From Alkalispirochaeta sp. (GTDB lineage Bacteria > Spirochaetota > Spirochaetia > DSM-27196 > Alkalispirochaetaceae), in contig OZ271854.1 of the NCBI GenBank assembly GCA_965601925.1, positions 2,208,001 through 2,272,000 of the forward strand: 64,000 nt of DNA. The letters are read 5' to 3'. Under the pieces are notes generated by a model, which did not search any database, was not told the origin of the DNA, and was given only the letters and a program-made list of their open reading frames with translations. This document shows positions 19,668-28,831 of the stretch, one piece after another. The position numbers and the translations under genes were made by a program. The first letter of the stretch is position 1. Each line of letters opens with the position of its first letter.

Positions 19668-20468
19668 ATGCATCGAGAAGCTTCGACCGTGATAGTCGTG
19701 CCCGGAGGACCCGGACTCCCTTATTCTTTCTACAAGGAGTTAGTCTCCGATATATCCGCGTTTTCTCGGCCCGTCACATACGCCCGACACGGACTGTTCC
19801 CGCATAACGATGGCGATTTTCCGCGATCGTTCGGTGAGGCGGCGGACGAGCTTGCCGACGCAGTGACGGAGGTCGGGGGTCGAGCCGTCTTTCTCGGCCA
19901 TTCGTTCGGTGCCGCCGTCGCATTAGAGGCGCTCTGTCGCGGCGTGGAGGTTGCCGGAGCCGTCCTGATAAGCGGCTTCTTCTCCGGACAAATGGTCCGT
20001 CGCGGCGTCCTTGCACGCATCGAAGCATTTCCTCATGAGTTCCACGAACGCTACAACGGTAGAGACGGCAGAGACCCGGAGACGATAGCCGAACTTCTCG
20101 CCACGCACTGGTTCCCCCGACATTTCTGTCGTGCTGAGTGGCCCGATTCATTTTCGGAAGGGCTCGAAACCTTAAATAGATCTTATCTCGAACACTTTCT
20201 GGGTGCGAATATTTTTGATCTTTCCGGAGTTGCGATGACGTGGGATCGTTCGGTCGATCTCGGACGAATCGATGTTCCTACGCTTCTCGTAACGGGACGG
20301 AACGACTACTTTCGACAGGAGGATGTCGAAGCGATGCACCACGCTATCCGCGGTAGCACGTTGTGGATCAGCGAGCCGTCGAGTCATTCGCCGTGGATCG
20401 AAGACCGAGAACCGACTATCGACGTAATTCGCTCTTTCGTGGAACGTCTCACACCGGATGGCCGTTGA
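19668..20468 (+). CDS. Alpha/beta hydrolase, proline iminopeptidase-like
   Basis: 'PGGPG', nucleophile 'GHSFG', 'GRND', 'SSHSPW'; GGGGG RBS. Confidence 0.85.
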   Translation: MHREASTVIVVPGGPGLPYSFYKELVSDISAFSRPVTYARHGLFPHNDGDFPRSFGEAADELADAVTEVGGRAVFLGHSFGAAVALEALCRGVEVAGAVLISGFFSGQMVRRGVLARIEAFPHEFHERYNGRDGRDPETIAELLATHWFPRHFCRAEWPDSFSEGLETLNRSYLEHFLGANIFDLSGVAMTWDRSVDLGRIDVPTLLVTGRNDYFRQEDVEAMHHAIRGSTLWISEPSSHSPWIEDREPTIDVIRSFVERLTPDGR

Positions 20469-21922
20469 TGATACGAACTCGGAGCGCATCCGAACCCATT
20501 CTCCTCGTCGACGATGAGCAAGAGGTCCTGGCGGCTCAACGGGAGCTACTCGAGATAGAGGGATTTGCCAACCTATCCGAGGCATCCTCCGCGTCGAGGG
20601 CGCGGGAGGTAATGAAAAAAGCGGATATCTCCTTGGTAGTCCTGGATTTGAAGTTGCCGAAGGAGTCGGGGTTGGAGCTTTTGGCGTGGATGAGAGAACG
20701 CTACCCGGATACGGAGGTTCTCGTGGTCACCGGTTCCTCGGATATCTCGGTCGCGGTCGAATGCATGCGCACCGGGGCGTATGATTTTTTGGTGAAGGGG
20801 AGCGATACCGCACGCCTTCCCGCCGCGGTTCGCAACGCCCTTGACCACCGTCTCACCACGTTGGAAAACGCTAGACTGCGACGCGCATTGTTACTCGGAA
20901 CGCTGAGCCGTCCCGAGAGCTTCGCCGATTTTGTGACTGACAACTCGACGATTCGTCACATTTTTGTCTACTTGGAGGCGGTGGCGGAAACATCCGATCC
21001 AATTTTGATCACCGGCGAGACCGGGGTCGGCAAAGAGGTGGTTGCGCGCGCGGTTCATCGTGCCAGCGGCCGTACCCGGCCGTTCGTTGCGGTCAATCTG
21101 GGAGGATTGGACGATCAGTCGATCAGCGACACGCTCTTCGGTCATAGTCGTGGCGCGTTCACCGGCGCGGTCGAGCGTCGCGACGGACTGATCCGCAGAG
21201 CCGCCGACGGGACGCTCTTTCTGGATGAGTTTGCCGAGATATCGCCTGAGTCGCAGGTGAAGTTACTGCGCCTCATCGACACGGGTGAGTTCATGCCTTT
21301 GGGAAGCGACAAGGTGTACACGTCACAAGCGCGTTTGATATTCGCCACCAACCGCAAGATAGAAAGTGAAACGGAGGCGGGTCGATTTCGACGCGATCTC
21401 TTTTTTCGGATTTCCAACCACTGGGTCGAGATACCGCCTCTGCGAAGTCGCGTCGGCGATATCCGCCCCCTTTTGGACCACCTTGCGGGCCGCCACGCCG
21501 AGCGGCTCGGACGCGCGCCGTTGCCCGTCACCGACGACGTCGTCGAGCGGATAACGGCTCTTCCGCTGACCGGGAACGTTCGCGAACTGGAGCGAATCGT
21601 CGTCGGCTCGTTGATACGGGGTGAGTGGCATCTCGACGGTACGCCCGCGCCGGTGGGGCGACGCGGCGTCGGCGATGCCGCCGAGAGTCCGGTCACCGTC
21701 GATACGTCGGACGACGGGGGGGACGCCGATGAGGTGATCTTCGGCGCAACGCTTCCGACTCCCGACATCCTCGTCGAGGCGCTCCTGCGCGAGGCGGTCC
21801 GTCGCCATCCGGGGAACCGCGCTGCGGCCGCCGCGGCCGTCGGCCTATCGCCCCAAGCCTTTGCCAACCGGTGGCGGCGTATGGCGGGTAAACTCAGTCA
21901 TGAGACCGGCCGGATACCGTGA
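20468..21922 (+). CDS. Sigma-54-dependent response regulator (NtrC family)
   Basis: Receiver 'LLVDDE...VLDLKLP'; 'GETGVGKE'; intact GAFTGA; 'LFLDE'; 'GNVRELE'; Fis-like HTH. TGATG overlap with the upstream hydrolase. Confidence 0.93.
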   Translation: MIRTRSASEPILLVDDEQEVLAAQRELLEIEGFANLSEASSASRAREVMKKADISLVVLDLKLPKESGLELLAWMRERYPDTEVLVVTGSSDISVAVECMRTGAYDFLVKGSDTARLPAAVRNALDHRLTTLENARLRRALLLGTLSRPESFADFVTDNSTIRHIFVYLEAVAETSDPILITGETGVGKEVVARAVHRASGRTRPFVAVNLGGLDDQSISDTLFGHSRGAFTGAVERRDGLIRRAADGTLFLDEFAEISPESQVKLLRLIDTGEFMPLGSDKVYTSQARLIFATNRKIESETEAGRFRRDLFFRISNHWVEIPPLRSRVGDIRPLLDHLAGRHAERLGRAPLPVTDDVVERITALPLTGNVRELERIVVGSLIRGEWHLDGTPAPVGRRGVGDAAESPVTVDTSDDGGDADEVIFGATLPTPDILVEALLREAVRRHPGNRAAAAAAVGLSPQAFANRWRRMAGKLSHETGRIP

Positions 21923-22003
21923 GCAGCGCTATGCGGCGCAGGGCCGTATAAGAATCGCAGGTATGTTGCTCCAGATGTAGATCTACGATCCCACCGCCGT
22001 CTG

Positions 22004-23539
22004 CTATTCTTGTCCAGTCGTGTCAACGAATCCTTGATTCTTGTAGTTTCCGCCGAACATCGGCCACGGCGAGCGTTCGTCCGGACCGGCGACATCGCTG
22101 TACATAGCGATAACATAGGTGAAGTAGCCGAAGTACAGTGTGCCCCTCGGTCCAATTACAATCGGACTCCTTATTTGCGCCGTTCCATTGTCGTTGTTCA
22201 ATACCAATCCCATCTCCTCCAGGGACTCATTGAGGTGTACGCTTGTCCATTTATGTGTGCCGTTTGCGTTCACGGCTTCGATGGTCTGCGCGCGCGAGAA
22301 AAAAATCGTACCATCATTTGCGACGGCACCGGAGCGACCCATCGCTCCACCGTCCCCCAGTACATACGTCCATAGCACGAATCCGTCATCCGGCGAGATA
22401 GCGTGTGCATCACCACGAACGTGGACGGTGTAGATGGTGCCGTCGCCCGCTATCACCGGCGCTACTCCTACGCCTGCTTTTCGCCAAAGCTCCGTTTCGT
22501 TCGGCAAATCGTATGCTCTCAGAATGTTGCTTCCGAACGACCCGGCGTACAGTACGCCCGTGTTTGTCACCGCGGGATGAGGAACTATGCTCATATTCAG
22601 TTTGTCCGAGTAATCTAACTGTAAGGCGCCCGCTAACCACTTGAACTCCGATCCACCGGAAATGATCACGTCGAACGTCGTACCAAACTCACCGATTATC
22701 GGTGAGGAGATGAAACTCTCGGTAATAGATCGAACCAACGTCCCGTCCGGCCGTACCAATCGCAATGCGTTGTCGTCGTTGAAAACGATTGCGTTGTTCG
22801 GTCCCGAGATTGCGGGGGAGTACTCACCCGGGCTAAGAGTATCAAGGTTCCACCGAAAACTTCCGTCGGAGTTCATCACCAAGAGCCCCCCGCCCTCGAT
22901 TCCTCGAGCGCGAAGTTCAATGGTGAATACAACGTACCCATCATCAGAAACAGAAGCGCCGACGGGACCGGGAGTACCGGTGTCGGTTAACTCATACGAC
23001 CATTTCGTTTCGCCGCTTGGGAAAAGTGCCTCTATTCTCCCGGGGCGTCCCGTGTACAGGATACCGTTATCGTCGAGCGCCGGCCTCTCAACAGTATCCG
23101 TGAGCGTTGTGTCGTATATCCATTTTATCTCTCCGACTCTGCCGGTCGTTGCAGAGACCGTAACCGGATCCGAAGTGATCCCGGCTGAAGATACCGAGGC
23201 AAGCTCTATTGACAACGTGGTCCCTTCCGACAGCTCGCGAATTTCAAGGTATTCTGCTGTCGGGTCCGCCACCGCCGATCCGGCGGCGCCTCCGGTCCAT
23301 CGTATCTCGACGGAATCGACAGCGTCATCGTCCGGAGCCTTCCAATAAATTCCGAGGTAGTCTATACCTCGATCTACGTGAACGTCGTCCACCTTCCGAG
23401 GTACTGTGCCGTTTCCTGGTGTTAGTTCGCCGCCTCCTGAAATTGCACACGTTGTCAACATAGGTATGACTATTGAAGAAACTACGAACATGAATGCTTG
23501 TCTCGGGATGATTGCCTGAACTATTTTGTTTTTCCGCAT
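22004..23539 (-). CDS. Lipoprotein with FN3-like domain and PQQ-like beta-propeller repeats
   Basis: Probable lipobox MLTTC; repeated 'PALDDNGILY', 'PVIAGDGTIY', 'GTHKW'; C-terminal 'SPWPMFGGNYKNQG'. Confidence 0.75.
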   Translation of the reverse strand: MRKNKIVQAIIPRQAFMFVVSSIVIPMLTTCAISGGGELTPGNGTVPRKVDDVHVDRGIDYLGIYWKAPDDDAVDSVEIRWTGGAAGSAVADPTAEYLEIRELSEGTTLSIELASVSSAGITSDPVTVSATTGRVGEIKWIYDTTLTDTVERPALDDNGILYTGRPGRIEALFPSGETKWSYELTDTGTPGPVGASVSDDGYVVFTIELRARGIEGGGLLVMNSDGSFRWNLDTLSPGEYSPAISGPNNAIVFNDDNALRLVRPDGTLVRSITESFISSPIIGEFGTTFDVIISGGSEFKWLAGALQLDYSDKLNMSIVPHPAVTNTGVLYAGSFGSNILRAYDLPNETELWRKAGVGVAPVIAGDGTIYTVHVRGDAHAISPDDGFVLWTYVLGDGGAMGRSGAVANDGTIFFSRAQTIEAVNANGTHKWTSVHLNESLEEMGLVLNNDNGTAQIRSPIVIGPRGTLYFGYFTYVIAMYSDVAGPDERSPWPMFGGNYKNQGFVDTTGQE

Positions 23540-23595
23540 TTAGTTGCTCATCCTTTCATAATGGTCTTTGAACGTGGAACTACTCGACAGCACCA

Positions 23596-23611
23596 AGTAA
23601 TTTTTATGCCA
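23596..23611 (-). promoter_or_regulatory. Degenerate sigma-54-like promoter
   Basis: Minus strand TGGCATAAAAATTACT: good -24 box, -12 GC replaced by AC; about 57 bp before ATG 23539. Confidence 0.4.
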
Positions 23612-23648
23612 GGAATAGCTTTCGTTGAAATTTCGCTTTCCAAACTCG

Positions 23649-23671
23649 TAAGTCTTTATGAACAAGACTTA
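23649..23671. promoter_or_regulatory. Palindromic TAAGTCTT-N7-AAGACTTA site
   Basis: Perfect 8-bp inverted repeat; the AGACTTA half-site also occurs at 12024-12030 and 13614-13620. Confidence 0.55.
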
Positions 23672-23834
23672 TACGGAGCTCGTTGCTAATATCGCGGCGA
23701 CTCTTGCAAAACCGGCCGGAGGAGCAACGACACGAATCGTGAATGACCGCGTATCGGTTTGTGCATGCTTCGTGAAGTGCGATCGTGAGGAAAGTGACTA
23801 GGCAGAGTTATTTCGGACTCGCAGGATGACGAAT

Positions 23835-24130
23835 CGAACCGCGTCGTGATCCTGGCCTTTCCCCGAACGGCACGGGTGATGTCCAAATCGCGCATCAGGC
23901 GTTCCACCGTACATCGGGCCACCTGAATATCGTCCCGTTCGAGTTCCCTAAAACGCTTCCGTTTATCGGTGGTCACCCCTGCGCGTTGGCTACCGTCCCG
24001 TTCGGCCCGGCGCACCCGGTCGTGGGAGCGTTTTCTGGGTGCAGCCGATCTTCACGGCCACCGACTCGATCATCGCCCATTGCGATTCGTAGTGGTTCTG
24101 TTGTTCCGACACGAGCCGAACGATCTCGCG
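23835..24130 (-). mobile_element. Internally deleted IS3-family (IS51/IS629-like) remnant
   Basis: Minus-strand translation 'EIVRLVSEQQNHYESQWAMIESVAVKIGCTQKTL' then 'RRAERDG...TTDKRKRFRELER' (OrfA-like), joined directly to 'DIQVARCTVERLMRDL..RAVRGKARITT' (OrfB-like); frameshifted, no DDE domain. Confidence 0.8.
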
Positions 24131-24511
24131 GTAGGAATAGTCACTCGCTTTCGCGCTGGATCAACCATCCGAGAACACGCGACCTGCAGTAATGCGCGTA
24201 ACCGTACGAAAAGTGTTGGTGGCCGCGTCGACGCATCGCGTGTTGCAGGCGGCTTGTAAGGCGTTACGCACGTCTCTCATAGGCTTCTCGTAAGAATCAT
24301 TGATTCGATCTCCCTCAGAGGAGGCGACACAAAAGGTTTAGTCCGCGACACGGTTCGTGTAGATCCGCAACGGGACACTGGTGCCTTAGAGAAGCATATG
24401 CGGAGCACAAAACGGTGACATTCGGCTTTTGTGTTTCTAAGTCATTCTGTGAAATAGGGCTGCGCGAAAGACCCGCCTCTTGCTCAGCCCGAGCGACGCT
24501 CGTGTGCGGTA

Positions 24512-24527
24512 TGGCACGATTATTGAT
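24512..24527 (+). promoter_or_regulatory. Sigma-54-like promoter (-12 GA variant)
   Basis: TGGCACGATTATTGAT: perfect TGGCACG, N10 spacing, TTGA; just before AGGAGG RBS and ATG 24549. Confidence 0.6.
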
Positions 24528-24548
24528 AGGTGAGGGCAGGAGGCACAT

Positions 24549-25553
24549 ATGAAACGAACCATGGTGCGTATAACGTTCTTCCTCATTGCTGCGCTTTTCA
24601 GTCTGTTACTGTACGGCTGTAGCAATCTTTTCGGCGGTGACGATAACGGTCAAGGAGGCGACGGCGATACGCCCAACGACACGGTGGTCGTCGACAGTCC
24701 CGATGATCTCATGAACGCCCTCGATATACCGGGTGCAACTGCGCAGACGGGTGACATTCCCGCTCCGCCGGGATCTCCCGGCACGACGCTCGCACTCGAC
24801 ACGGAGGAGATCGTCGTGACCGCAAACTCCGAGCATCGACTTCGATACTCCGTCTCGGATGGCGTAGATGATCCGGTGGCAATGTACATTCAGTTCGAAG
24901 GAGTTGATGGCCACTTCGTCGTCGACCTCACCGAGACATCGGCTTCTCAGGCCATCGCGAAGGTTATCGAGACGCAAGTCGTCGGCCCCGTATCGACGTT
25001 GCCGCCTGGAATAACAGGGGTGAGGCCGATTCGCGGTCTACCGGGATTACAACCTAGCGGGGTCTATGAAAGCACTCCTTTGGAAGTCAGTACCACCGTT
25101 CAAACGTACTCTGCTCCTCTCCAAGCCGGAGTTCCCGACTTCAGCTTTATAACCGACCCCAATCGATGGAGCAATCCCGTGACGGTTACGACACGTGTGG
25201 TAAACGTCGGATCCGGCGAGTTCCAAGTTAGCTTGACGTGGAACACGACGGCAGACTTAGATCTGTGGCTAAACCAGCCCGATGAAAGCAGAATCTGGTA
25301 TCAGGCGCCTACATCTGAGGCGTCCGGCGGTCAGCTCGATGTTGACGATACCGACGGATACGGCCCTGAAAACATCTTCTTCGACGGCCGGCCGGGCCTT
25401 ACCGGTCCTTATACCATCGTCGTATCCCATTTCAGTGGACAGTCACCGACAAACTACACTGTGACGGTCACCATAGACGGGTCGACGGAAACCCATTCCG
25501 GAGCGATTACGATGTTTGATCGAGTACTGATCGATACGGTAACGATCGAGTAG
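24549..25553 (+). CDS. Lipoprotein with C-terminal YfaP/DUF2135-like domain
   Basis: Lipobox LLYGC; 'VSLTWNTTADLDLW...GQLDVDDTDGYGPENI'. Confidence 0.8.
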   Translation: MKRTMVRITFFLIAALFSLLLYGCSNLFGGDDNGQGGDGDTPNDTVVVDSPDDLMNALDIPGATAQTGDIPAPPGSPGTTLALDTEEIVVTANSEHRLRYSVSDGVDDPVAMYIQFEGVDGHFVVDLTETSASQAIAKVIETQVVGPVSTLPPGITGVRPIRGLPGLQPSGVYESTPLEVSTTVQTYSAPLQAGVPDFSFITDPNRWSNPVTVTTRVVNVGSGEFQVSLTWNTTADLDLWLNQPDESRIWYQAPTSEASGGQLDVDDTDGYGPENIFFDGRPGLTGPYTIVVSHFSGQSPTNYTVTVTIDGSTETHSGAITMFDRVLIDTVTIE

Positions 25554-25645
25554 ATACGATTGGCATACGGCCATGATCGTATGTTCCTCGGCGTGAGTGA
25601 GTCGCGGTGCCGTTTCCACGTTGGCGCAGGGACCGCCCGGCTCGC

Positions 25646-26974
25646 TCATCCTCGCTGCGGTACGACGAGCCGCCCCCGCGTCTCGTCGGTGACGGGGCGG
25701 CCGCGCAAAAGCACCCGACGAATCGTCCCACGCAGCGCTTGCCCGACGTAGGGACTGAGCTTGTGTTTGTCTCGGAGTTCCCCGTCGGTAAGCGGCGCCG
25801 GCGCGGTGTCCTCGACGATCACGAAGTCGGCGTCGTTCCCTACCTCGATCGAGCCTTTGCCGGGAAGCCGAAAGCGGTACGCCGGCATCTCGGCGAGCGT
25901 CTGCGCGATCCGCGGGAGCGGCACGTCCAAGGTCATGAGGGTGCGGAGGGTCGTCTGTACGCCGGCGATGCCGCCCCAGACGTCGAAGAAGTCATCGCGA
26001 TCCTTGAGATCCGCCGACGAGGGGGAGTGGTCGGACCCGACGGTATCGATCCGCCCGGCGATCAGTTCCTGTAGGAGCGCCCGGCGCGTCGCATCGTCCC
26101 TCAAGGGCGGCGCGCATTTTGCTCGCGGACCGATCGATTCCATGTCGCGATCGGTGAAGAAGAGATAGTGGGGGCACGTCTCGCACGATGCGTCCACTCC
26201 GTGTTGTGATGCGGCGCGGCGAACAAGCTCCACCCCTCGCCGGTTGGAGACGTGGACGATATGGACGCTGCACCCCGTCTCCTCGGCGTAGAGCAGCGCG
26301 CGACCGATCGCCTCCAACTCGGCGATCACGGGACGACTCTCGAGAAACGCGCGTACATCACGACGCCCCTCGCCGCGTAGCGTTGCGGTAAGGGTCGCGG
26401 TCATGGAGGCGCTTTCGGCGTGGAGGAGCACCGGCAGTCCGACTCCGGCGGCGATCTCCATGCCGCGGTAGAGCGTCACGTCGTCGGCATGGGTGAAGTC
26501 GTCGATACCGCTGGGGCACATGAACGCCTTAAATCCCGCAACGCCGCGATCGGCAAGCTCCTCCATATGCGGGAGGCTCTCGGGTGTGAGGCCGCCGTAG
26601 AGGGCGAAGTCGGTACGCGATCGAGCGTCGCACACGGCGCGTTTGGCGTCAAAGGCCGGGCCGTCCAGCGTCGGAGGCGATGAGTTGAGCGGCATATCGA
26701 TGAAGCAGACGCCCCCTCCGGCGGCAAGGGCGGCGGAGCCGGTGGCGACTCCCTCCCAGTGTGCACGCCCCGGATCGTTGAAGTGCACGTGCGAATCGAT
26801 CACGCCGGGAAAGACGAGCAAACCACGCGCATCGATTTCTTCGGGAGGGTTCGGTCCCGACGCTATTTCCGGCGCGAGCTCGACGATGCGTCCCCCGGCA
26901 ACGCCGATGTCCGTGCGTTCGATACCACTTCCGCGAACGACGTGCCCTCCGCGAACGAGTAGATCGTAGTTCAC
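25646..26974 (-). CDS. allB: Allantoinase
   Basis: 'DSHVHFNDPG', 'DMPLNS', 'GFKAFM', 'HAE', 'HVS', 'KCAPPLR', 'GSDHSP'; GTG start right after uraH. Confidence 0.9.
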   Translation of the reverse strand: MNYDLLVRGGHVVRGSGIERTDIGVAGGRIVELAPEIASGPNPPEEIDARGLLVFPGVIDSHVHFNDPGRAHWEGVATGSAALAAGGGVCFIDMPLNSSPPTLDGPAFDAKRAVCDARSRTDFALYGGLTPESLPHMEELADRGVAGFKAFMCPSGIDDFTHADDVTLYRGMEIAAGVGLPVLLHAESASMTATLTATLRGEGRRDVRAFLESRPVIAELEAIGRALLYAEETGCSVHIVHVSNRRGVELVRRAASQHGVDASCETCPHYLFFTDRDMESIGPRAKCAPPLRDDATRRALLQELIAGRIDTVGSDHSPSSADLKDRDDFFDVWGGIAGVQTTLRTLMTLDVPLPRIAQTLAEMPAYRFRLPGKGSIEVGNDADFVIVEDTAPAPLTDGELRDKHKLSPYVGQALRGTIRRVLLRGRPVTDETRGRLVVPQRG

Positions 26975-26976
26975 GC

Positions 26977-27351
26977 TCAGCTTCCTCGATAGGTGCTGTA
27001 CGACCAGGGCGTCACCAAAAGCGGCACGTGATATCCCACCTCCGTGTCGGCAATGCGGAACTCGATAACGACGCGCTCCAAGAACACGCCCGCATCGGGG
27101 TGGCGACGAGCGCGATAATAGTCGCCCACCGCAAAGACGAGGCGCCATGCGCCGGCGCGTACCGCGTTACCGGCAAGCAGAGGGGTATCGGTGCGACCGT
27201 CGGTGTTTGTGGTCGCCCGTGCAACGAGCGTATCGCCGCCGGACTCGTCCCGACTCGATGATGCTCCGAGGTACCACGCCTCGATCGCGACGCCCTCCGC
27301 AGGGTGTCCCAATGCGGTATCCAGGACGTGAGTACTCAGTCTCCCGCTCAC
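26977..27351 (-). CDS. uraH: 5-hydroxyisourate hydrolase
   Basis: 'LSTHVLDTALGHPA', 'TNTDGR', C-terminal 'YHVPLLVTPWSYSTYRGS'; GTGA overlap with the uricase stop. Confidence 0.95.
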   Translation of the reverse strand: MSGRLSTHVLDTALGHPAEGVAIEAWYLGASSSRDESGGDTLVARATTNTDGRTDTPLLAGNAVRAGAWRLVFAVGDYYRARRHPDAGVFLERVVIEFRIADTEVGYHVPLLVTPWSYSTYRGS

Positions 27352-28226
27352 CGACTCGCCTCGCGGGACACGGTACCGGTGATAATGCCGAAGGGTGAAT
27401 CGGTGCCGAAGTAGATCTCGTCCGGATTCTCCAGCCCGAGCGGCGATAGGTCGAATCGGATGTGGTGCTGATTGGGCATGGTAAACGTGATGCCGTCTAT
27501 CTCGGGAACCGCCTCGAGCACGCTCTCGCCCATGCGATAGAGCGTCGCCTGAACGCTCTTGCTCTCGTGGGTTGCAAAGATGGTGGCGACCGAATCGTAG
27601 ACGCGAGACCATATCGCGTTCCAGTCGGGACTCTTCGTGTCGACGGTTTCCACCGGGGTGTGCTCGGCCGCGATGTTCCACTCCGCCTCGACGGTAGTGG
27701 CGAAGATACGCTCGTCGGTCTCCGCCAACGTCGTATACTCGTCGCGGTAGAAGCCGGAGAAGCCGGATCCGGAGCTCTTGAAGACCTCCAACCCCGAGAT
27801 TCCTCCCCGCACCGAGAGGGCCTCGGCGTCGCGGCGTACCGTCGCGGTACGCTTTCCGTGCGCTTTTACAAAGGAGTGAGCGTGAGGCCGACCGTCCACC
27901 ACGATCCGCTCCCACCGCTCCATAACGATCGACGCTTCGACCCCGAAAACTTGAGGGAAGCGGGTGAAAAATCGATCGCAGAGGGCGATTCCGAACCGTT
28001 CCGGTGCGTCGAAATCGGTCAGGTGCGCGACGGCGTATACGGTGTTTTTCATCGTGTCCGTGGGGACGCAGGCCGAGTTGTCTCCATCCGTGTAGATCGC
28101 CGCGAAATCACCACGGAGGGTGATTTCCACCGTGTACTCGTGTACGGAGTGTGAGCTGTCGGTCCGAATAACCTTGGTGAGTCGCACCCGTTGTTTGCCG
28201 TACGAGTTATCGGTCAGATGAGCCAT
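27348..28226 (-). CDS. pucL: Factor-independent urate oxidase (uricase)
   Basis: 'YGKQRV', 'PTDTMKNTV', 'FSGFYRDEYTTL...RIFAT', 'SVQATLY', 'MPNQH'. Confidence 0.93.
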   Translation of the reverse strand: MAHLTDNSYGKQRVRLTKVIRTDSSHSVHEYTVEITLRGDFAAIYTDGDNSACVPTDTMKNTVYAVAHLTDFDAPERFGIALCDRFFTRFPQVFGVEASIVMERWERIVVDGRPHAHSFVKAHGKRTATVRRDAEALSVRGGISGLEVFKSSGSGFSGFYRDEYTTLAETDERIFATTVEAEWNIAAEHTPVETVDTKSPDWNAIWSRVYDSVATIFATHESKSVQATLYRMGESVLEAVPEIDGITFTMPNQHHIRFDLSPLGLENPDEIYFGTDSPFGIITGTVSREASR

Positions 28227-28764
28227 GTTCGTCCTCCTTGATGGCATCGGTCATTCTGAGCCACGCGATTTGGCCTATTTCGCCCAGTGCGGTGCCGATT
28301 TCGGTCGCGCGATCATTATTGAGCCGTATCGGAAAAGCGTTCAGAATCGCCTCTTTTCGGTTTTTGCGGGCACAGATTACGAAGGGAAAGCCGAACCGCT
28401 CGCGATACGCCGCGTTGTAGCGTTCAAACGCCGCTATCTCGTCGTCTTCGAGGGCGTCGAGGCCCGCCGCCGCCTGTTCGGAGGTAGACTCGCGACCGAG
28501 CCTCCCCTCCTGTGCGAGGCTCCCCACGAGGTCCGGGTGTGCATTAATGAGTGCGAGCCTCCGGTCGGTCGGTGCGTGCTCAACCACCTCCAGGCACGCG
28601 GCGTGAAACGCTCGCAGGGATGCGAAGGGTCGATGTGCGAGAGCGGCCTCAACGATCCACGGCGAATGTTCGAAGAAACCGCCGCAGAGACGGAGCGCTT
28701 CGGACATATCCATTGCGTTGAGCTCTTCCATCGTGATCGAAGTCGGATACGGGGTGGCGTTCAT
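28207..28764 (-). CDS. uraD: OHCU decarboxylase
   Basis: 'FEHSPW', 'LINAHPDL', 'STSEQAAAGL', 'NAAYRERFGFPFVICAR'. Confidence 0.93.
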   Translation of the reverse strand: MNATPYPTSITMEELNAMDMSEALRLCGGFFEHSPWIVEAALAHRPFASLRAFHAACLEVVEHAPTDRRLALINAHPDLVGSLAQEGRLGRESTSEQAAAGLDALEDDEIAAFERYNAAYRERFGFPFVICARKNRKEAILNAFPIRLNNDRATEIGTALGEIGQIAWLRMTDAIKEDEHGSSDR

Positions 28765-28831
28765 CGGCGACGCTCCTCACCTACCGTCGCGATGTCGAGT
28801 TCGCCTGCGTGCGCGCGATGGGTGGTACCCT

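Noticed and set aside
26977..27915. Long N-terminal extensions in the ORF track (uraH 312 aa, allB 500 aa, deaminase 592 aa, oppC 463 aa) read as fusions
   Set aside because: The extensions overlap neighbouring genes or the leader region in other frames; family similarity starts at the downstream starts chosen.
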